A DNA stretch of 64,000 nucleotides, from the NCBI RefSeq assembly GCF_000026545.1, contig NC_011601.1; one strand, given 5' to 3'. A model generated the notes under the pieces. The model ran no database searches, was not told the origin of the DNA, and was given only the letters and a program-made list of their open reading frames with translations. Of this stretch, positions 58,377-64,000 are shown piece after piece. The position numbers were made by a program, and so were the translations under genes. Source of the DNA: Escherichia coli O127:H6 str. E2348/69 (GTDB taxonomy: Bacteria > Pseudomonadota > Gammaproteobacteria > Enterobacterales > Enterobacteriaceae). Position 1 is the stretch's first letter; each line of letters starts with the position of its first letter.

Positions 58377-58644
58377 AAGAAAGCATAATACTTTTGTTTC
58401 AGCACGCAAGGAAAGCCGTAAAGTTATGAGCAAAAGTTTGATGTGCTGCACAATTTTTTGTCATTTTTCCTAATTGCTGATGGGAAAATCCGTTATCAGC
58501 AATTTCATTTCAGCAGCGTCAGCAGCCAATCAGCAACAGTGAAATGGCATTTTGATTATTCGTGGCGCTTTTGATTTCGCTGTCTGTTTATTTTCTGACA
58601 AGCAGCGTAAACTCCGCGTCTTCCTCTTCCAGTGATCGACCAGC

Positions 58645-59826
58645 ATGCATAACTCCCCCGCAGTCACCAGCGCGAAATCGTTTGACCTGACCTCGATGGC
58701 GTTTTTAATCGTTGCCTTTCTCACCGGTATTGCGGGCGCTCTGCAAACCCCGACACTCAGTATTTTTCTTACTGATGAAGTACATGCCCGTCCGGCGATG
58801 GTGGGATTCTTCTTTACCGGCAGCGCAGTCATTGGGATTCTGGTGAGTCAGTTTCTCGCCGGGCGCTCTGATAAGCGCGGCGATCGCAAATCGCTGATTG
58901 TCTTTTGCTGCCTGTTAGGCGTGCTGGCCTGCACCCTTTTTGCCTGGAATCGCAACTACTTTGTTTTGCTATTCGTTGGCGTCTTTCTTAGCAGCTTTGG
59001 CTCGACCGCTAACCCGCAAATGTTTGCCCTTGCCCGTGAACATGCCGACAAAACCGGACGTGAGGCGGTGATGTTCAGCTCTTTTTTACGCGCTCAGGTT
59101 TCACTGGCATGGGTCATTGGCCCACCGCTGGCTTATGCCTTAGCGATGGGTTTCAACTTTACGGTAATGTATCTGAGCGCAGCGGTAGCGTTTATTGTTT
59201 GCGGCGTGATGGTGTGGCTGTTTTTGCCGTCGATGCAAAAAGAGCTTCCGCTGGCGACCGGCACGGTTGAAGCGCCGCGCCGTAACCGTCGCGATACGTT
59301 GCTGCTGTTTGTCATTTGTACATTGATGTGGGGCTCGAACAGCCTGTACATCATCAACATGCCGCTATTTATTATCAACGAACTGCATCTTCCCGAGAAA
59401 CTGGCCGGTGTGATGATGGGGACCGCCGCCGGGCTGGAAATCCCGACCATGTTGATTGCCGGATATTTTGCCAAACGTCTAGGTAAGCGCTTCTTAATGC
59501 GCGTTGCTGCCGTGGGTGGCGTCTGTTTTTACGCAGGAATGCTGATGGCGCATTCACCTGTCATTCTGTTGGGCTTGCAGCTGCTAAATGCTATTTTTAT
59601 TGGCATTCTGGGCGGCATCGGGATGCTCTATTTTCAGGATTTGATGCCCGGTCAGGCAGGTTCAGCCACCACGCTCTATACCAACACGTCGCGCGTGGGC
59701 TGGATCATCGCAGGATCAGTGGCGGGCATCGTCGCCGAGATCTGGAATTATCACGCTGTGTTCTGGTTTGCGATGGTGATGATTATCGCCACTCTGTTTT
59801 GCTTACTGCGAATTAAAGATGTTTAA
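58645..59826 (+). CDS. setB: Sugar efflux transporter (major facilitator superfamily)
   Basis: 393 aa with about 12 hydrophobic segments. Confidence 0.88.
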
Positions 59827-60077
59827 GGCGCGGTCAGCATTTCCAGATCGATAAGCCAGGTCATTGCCTGCTGACGCGAGTTACCGCACATTTCAGCGCT
59901 GGCTTGTAAGCCTGCACAGACTTTCGGTCGCAGTGGCGAGGTGAAAATTTTACAGCGTTGCTGTTCATCAAGCTGAATGCAGGGCGTATTGGCGGGCTTG
60001 CCATCTGGCATACCGGGAATAGGGCTGGAAATTGAAGGGGCAGTGCAACACGCCCCGCAACCCGGACGGCATTCCAT
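59823..60077 (-). CDS. yeiW: Small cysteine-rich protein (UPF0153-like)
   Basis: 84 aa from [14 protein letters not shown], with 9 cysteines; its stop shares the TTAA palindrome with the setB stop. Confidence 0.7.
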
Positions 60078-60231
60078 ACGTTGTTCTCTTAAGGTTAACC
60101 ACCGGATTGATGAGCGCGCACAGTACCACCTTTTTTGCACCAGCAAAAGTGCGAATACCACTTGCCCGAAAGGCCCGTCGCGAGTACTTTGTCGCGATAT
60201 TTTTGACATTTTTGACTACAGGAATTTTTCG

Positions 60232-60804
60232 ATGCCAAGAGCGAACGAAATTAAAAAAGGTATGGTACTGAATTACAACGGCAAACTGCTGCTGGTTAAG
60301 GACATTGATATTCAGTCGCCCACTGCCCGCGGTGCCGCTACGCTGTACAAAATGCGTTTTTCTGATGTCCGTACCGGGCTGAAAGTAGAAGAGCGTTTCA
60401 AAGGTGATGATATCGTTGACACCGTGACGCTGACCCGCCGTTACGTTGACTTCTCCTATGTCGATGGCAACGAATATGTCTTTATGGATAAAGAAGACTA
60501 TACCCCGTATACCTTCACCAAAGATCAGATTGAAGAAGAGTTGCTGTTTATGCCTGAGGGCGGCATGCCGGACATGCAGGTGCTGACCTGGGACGGTCAA
60601 TTGCTGGCGCTTGAGCTGCCGCAGACCGTTGATCTGGAAATCGTTGAAACTGCACCAGGCATCAAAGGGGCATCTGCCAGCGCCCGTAACAAACCGGCGA
60701 CATTGAGCACTGGTCTGGTGATTCAGGTACCAGAATACTTAAGCCCGGGCGAAAAAATTCGTATCCATATCGAAGAACGCCGTTATATGGGTCGTGCTGA
60801 CTAA
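60232..60804 (+). CDS. yeiP: Elongation factor P-like protein
   Basis: 190 aa from [24 protein letters not shown] (EF-P fold N-terminus); the track ORF is an upstream in-frame read-through. Confidence 0.88.
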
Positions 60805-60820
60805 CTTCAGCCGCATGCAG

Positions 60821-60852
60821 AAAAGGGATAGCTCAGGCTGTCCCTTTTTTAA
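60821..60852 (+). terminator. Rho-independent terminator of yeiP
   Basis: AAAAGGGATAGCTCAGGCTGTCCC followed by TTTTTT; the stem needs one G-U pair. Confidence 0.65.
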
Positions 60853-61026
60853 TTTATTATACCAATCTTCTATTTTGCGCTTCCTGAACACCTTACGCCC
60901 GCAATTTTCACTCGTTGATTGATCGCCCTCACACTTCATCGCATTAACAATCCAGACCAATTTCAATTGTTGTCATATAACTTTACACTGTCATTGTTAA
61001 TTAATCGTTACTAAGACGTGACTCCT

Positions 61027-62493
61027 ATGAATACAATCGCCTCCGTTACGCTCCCGCATCATGTACACGCTCCACGATACGATCGACAGCAGTTGCAATC
61101 ACGTATCGTTCATTTTGGCTTTGGAGCCTTTCACCGCGCACATCAGGCATTACTGACCGATCGTGTGCTGAATGCCCAGGGCGGCGACTGGGGGATCTGT
61201 GAAATCAGCTTGTTCAGCGGCGATCAACTGATGAGCCAACTCCGCGCACAGAACCATTTATATACCGTGCTGGAGAAAGGTGCGGACGGCAATCAGGCGA
61301 TAATTGTCGGTGCCGTTCACGAATGTCTGAATGCAAAACTGGATTCCTTAGCGGCAATTATTGAGAAATTTTGCGAGCCACAGGTGGCAATTGTTTCCCT
61401 GACGATTACCGAAAAAGGCTATTGTATTGACCCGGCCACCGGTGCACTCGACACCAGCAATCCGCGTATTATTCACGATCTACAAAACCCTGAAGAACCT
61501 CACTCCGCGCCAGGTATTCTCGTCGAAGCACTGAAACGCCGCCGTGAGCGCGGCCTTACACCGTTTACCGTGCTCTCCTGCGACAATATTCCCGACAATG
61601 GCCATGTGGTGAAAAACGCGGTGCTGGGAATGGCAGAAAAACGTTCGCCAGAACTCGCCGGGTGGATAAAAGAACACGTCAGTTTTCCGGGAACTATGGT
61701 CGACCGCATTGTTCCGGCTGCAACCAACGAATCACTGGCGGAAATAAGCCAGCATCTGGGGGTGAATGATCCCTGCGCAATTAGCTGCGAACCGTTTATC
61801 CAGTGGGTGGTTGAAGATAACTTCGTCGCTGGGCGTCCTGCCTGGGAAGTCGCAGGTGTACAAATGGTGAATGATGTCCTGCCATGGGAAGAGATGAAAC
61901 TGCGGATGCTTAATGGCAGCCACTCTTTTCTCGCTTATCTGGGTTACCTCTCAGGATTCGCCCATATCAGTGATTGCATGCAGGATCGCGCATTTCGCCA
62001 TGCTGCCAGAACATTAATGCTGGATGAGCAAGCGCCGACACTGCGGATTAAAGATGTCGATTTAACACAATATGCGGATAAGTTAATTGCACGTTTTGCT
62101 AATCCGGCACTGAAACATAAGACCTGGCAAATCGCGATGGATGGCAGCCAAAAATTACCGCAACGCATGCTGGCAGGTATTCGCATACATCTGGGGCGCG
62201 AAACGGACTGGTCGTTGCTGGCATTAGGCGTTGCAGGCTGGATGCGTTACGTCAGCGGCGTTGATGATGCCGGAAATGCCATTGATGTTCGCGATCCGCT
62301 TAGCGATAAAATTCGTGAACTTGTTGCGGGCAGCAGCAGTGAACAACGCGTAACCGCCCTGCTTTCCCTGCGTGAAATTTTCGGTGATGATCTGCCAGAT
62401 AACCCGCATTTTGTGCAGGCCATCGAACAAGCCTGGCAACAAATCGCACAATTCGGCGCGCATCAGGCGCTATTAAACACCCTCAAAATTTAA
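61027..62493 (+). CDS. yeiQ: Mannitol dehydrogenase-family oxidoreductase
   Basis: 488 aa from MNTIASVTLP; N-terminal Rossmann segment IVHFGFGAFHRAHQ. Confidence 0.88.
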   Translation: MNTIASVTLPHHVHAPRYDRQQLQSRIVHFGFGAFHRAHQALLTDRVLNAQGGDWGICEISLFSGDQLMSQLRAQNHLYTVLEKGADGNQAIIVGAVHECLNAKLDSLAAIIEKFCEPQVAIVSLTITEKGYCIDPATGALDTSNPRIIHDLQNPEEPHSAPGILVEALKRRRERGLTPFTVLSCDNIPDNGHVVKNAVLGMAEKRSPELAGWIKEHVSFPGTMVDRIVPAATNESLAEISQHLGVNDPCAISCEPFIQWVVEDNFVAGRPAWEVAGVQMVNDVLPWEEMKLRMLNGSHSFLAYLGYLSGFAHISDCMQDRAFRHAARTLMLDEQAPTLRIKDVDLTQYADKLIARFANPALKHKTWQIAMDGSQKLPQRMLAGIRIHLGRETDWSLLALGVAGWMRYVSGVDDAGNAIDVRDPLSDKIRELVAGSSSEQRVTALLSLREIFGDDLPDNPHFVQAIEQAWQQIAQFGAHQALLNTLKI

Positions 62494-62610
62494 CGATTTC
62501 TGCGGTTAAAGCGGATGAAGCTCGCCTTCGTCCGCTCTCCCCTTCTCTTTTCTGCCTTTTTTAGCCAGGATTAACGCTCAGTTAACTTACCAGAGTATTG
62601 CGGAGCCGTT

Positions 62611-63597
62611 GTGACCAGAACCAACCTCATCACCGGTTTTCTCGGCAGCGGGAAAACTACGTCGATTCTTCATCTGTTAGCCCATAAAGATCCCAACGAA
62701 AAATGGGCGGTACTGGTTAATGAATTTGGGGAAGTCGGAATTGATGGTGCTTTGCTCGCCGATAGCGGCGCACTGCTGAAAGAGATCCCCGGCGGCTGCA
62801 TGTGCTGCGTTAATGGTTTACCCATGCAGGTAGGGTTGAATACCTTACTGCGTCAGGGAAAACCAGACCGCTTGTTGATAGAGCCGACCGGGCTGGGCCA
62901 TCCGAAACAGATCCTCGATCTCTTAACCGCACCCGTCTATGAACCGTGGATAGATCTGCGCGCCACGTTGTGCATTCTCGATCCACGCCTGTTGCTGGAC
63001 GAAAAAAGCGCCAGCAATGAAAACTTCCGTGACCAACTGGCTGCCGCAGACATTATTGTCGCCAATAAATCCGACCGTGCGACGCCCGAAAGTGAGCAAG
63101 CGCTAGAGCGCTGGTGGCAGCAAAATGGTGGCGATCGGCAATTAATTCACAGCGAGCATGGAAAAATTGACGGTCATCTTCTGGATTTGCCGCGTCGCAA
63201 TTTAGCCGAGTTGCCCGCCAGCGCCGCGCATTCTCATCAGCATAGCGTGAAAAAAGGGTTAGCAGCGTTAAGCCTGCCAGAGCATCAACGCTGGCGTCGC
63301 AGTCTGAACAGCGGACAAGGGCATCAGGCCTGTGGCTGGATATTCGACGCTGATACGGTATTCGACACCATTGGTATTCTGGAATGGGCGCGACTTGCAC
63401 CGGTGGAACGCGTCAAAGGCGTGCTGCGTATTCCCGAAGGGCTGGTGCGAATCAACCGTCAGGGCGATGACCTGCACATTGAAACGCAAAACGTTGCGCC
63501 ACCGGACAGTCGTATTGAGCTGATTTCCAGCAGCGAAGCTGACTGGAATGCCTTGCAGAGCGCGCTGTTGAAGCTTCGTTTAGCGACTACCGCGTAA
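62611..63597 (+). CDS. yeiR: COG0523 (CobW-like) zinc-associated GTPase
   Basis: GTG 62611 with GGAG 6 nt upstream; P-loop GFLGSGKTT; CxCC motif GGCMCC at nt 62797-62808; His-rich HSHQH at 63229-63243; 328 aa. Confidence 0.88.
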   Translation: MTRTNLITGFLGSGKTTSILHLLAHKDPNEKWAVLVNEFGEVGIDGALLADSGALLKEIPGGCMCCVNGLPMQVGLNTLLRQGKPDRLLIEPTGLGHPKQILDLLTAPVYEPWIDLRATLCILDPRLLLDEKSASNENFRDQLAAADIIVANKSDRATPESEQALERWWQQNGGDRQLIHSEHGKIDGHLLDLPRRNLAELPASAAHSHQHSVKKGLAALSLPEHQRWRRSLNSGQGHQACGWIFDADTVFDTIGILEWARLAPVERVKGVLRIPEGLVRINRQGDDLHIETQNVAPPDSRIELISSSEADWNALQSALLKLRLATTA

Positions 63598-63635
63598 GGT
63601 TGCCTGCGTTTTTCAGTAAGATAATTAGAGAAAAT

Positions 63636-64000
63636 ATGATTAAAAATTTGCCGCAAATAGTGTTGTTGAATATTGTCGGCCTCGCGCTGTTTCTTTCCTG
63701 GTATATTCCCATTAATCATGGATTCTGGTTGCCGATTGATGCGGATATTTTTTATTTCTTTAATCAGAAACTGGTCGAAAGTAAGGCCTTTTTGTGGCTG
63801 GTTGCATTGACCAACAATCGCGCTTTCGACGGTTGTTCACTGCTGGCGATGGGAATGTTGATGCTGAGTTTCTGGCTGAAAGAAAACGCCCCAGGCAGAC
63901 GACGTATCGTGATTATTGGTCTGGTCATGCTATTAACTGCAGTGGTATTAAACCAGCTGGGTCAGGCACTAATTCCTGTAAAACGGGCCAGCCCAACGTT
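63636..64000 (+). CDS. lpxT: PAP2-family undecaprenyl-pyrophosphate phosphatase / lipid A phosphotransferase, N-terminal part (runs off the window end)
   Basis: ATG 63636 with an open hydrophobic frame to the window edge (MIKNLPQIVLLNIVGLALFLSWYIP). Confidence 0.7.
   Translation, partial: MIKNLPQIVLLNIVGLALFLSWYIPINHGFWLPIDADIFYFFNQKLVESKAFLWLVALTNNRAFDGCSLLAMGMLMLSFWLKENAPGRRRIVIIGLVMLLTAVVLNQLGQALIPVKRASPT

Noticed and set aside
62494-62610. Possible terminator after yeiQ
   Set aside because: The GCGGATGAAG / CTTCGTCCGC stem has a mismatch and the downstream pyrimidine-rich tract is interrupted; too weak to call.

Overview
The window reads as one contiguous stretch of an Escherichia coli-type core chromosome, with gene order yehL through lpxT (yeiU). 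Gene names are assigned from my recognition of the translated ORFs and their order; no database search was run. I call 58 protein-coding genes (two cut by the window edges), several REP/BIME repeat clusters, a handful of hairpin terminators and some operator-like palindromes. I found no rRNA, tRNA, CRISPR array, IS element, integrase or prophage signature. Where the ORF track gave a longer frame, starts were reset to the Met/GTG that gives the expected protein N-terminus and a Shine-Dalgarno sequence. The best candidate for an undescribed system is the tightly coupled yehL-yehM-yehP-yehQ operon at 1-5916: a MoxR-type AAA+ ATPase tail, a 759-aa protein with no recognisable motif, a VWA/MIDAS protein and a protein with two SWIM-like zinc-finger motifs. 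Other things worth a second look are a GC-rich structured 387-bp segment between yohP and dusC, a hairpin that sequesters the nfo ribosome-binding site, and an intact mdtQ reading frame. There is also a shuffled paralogous pair of nucleoside modules (yeiI/nupX/rihB versus psuK/psuG/psuT).
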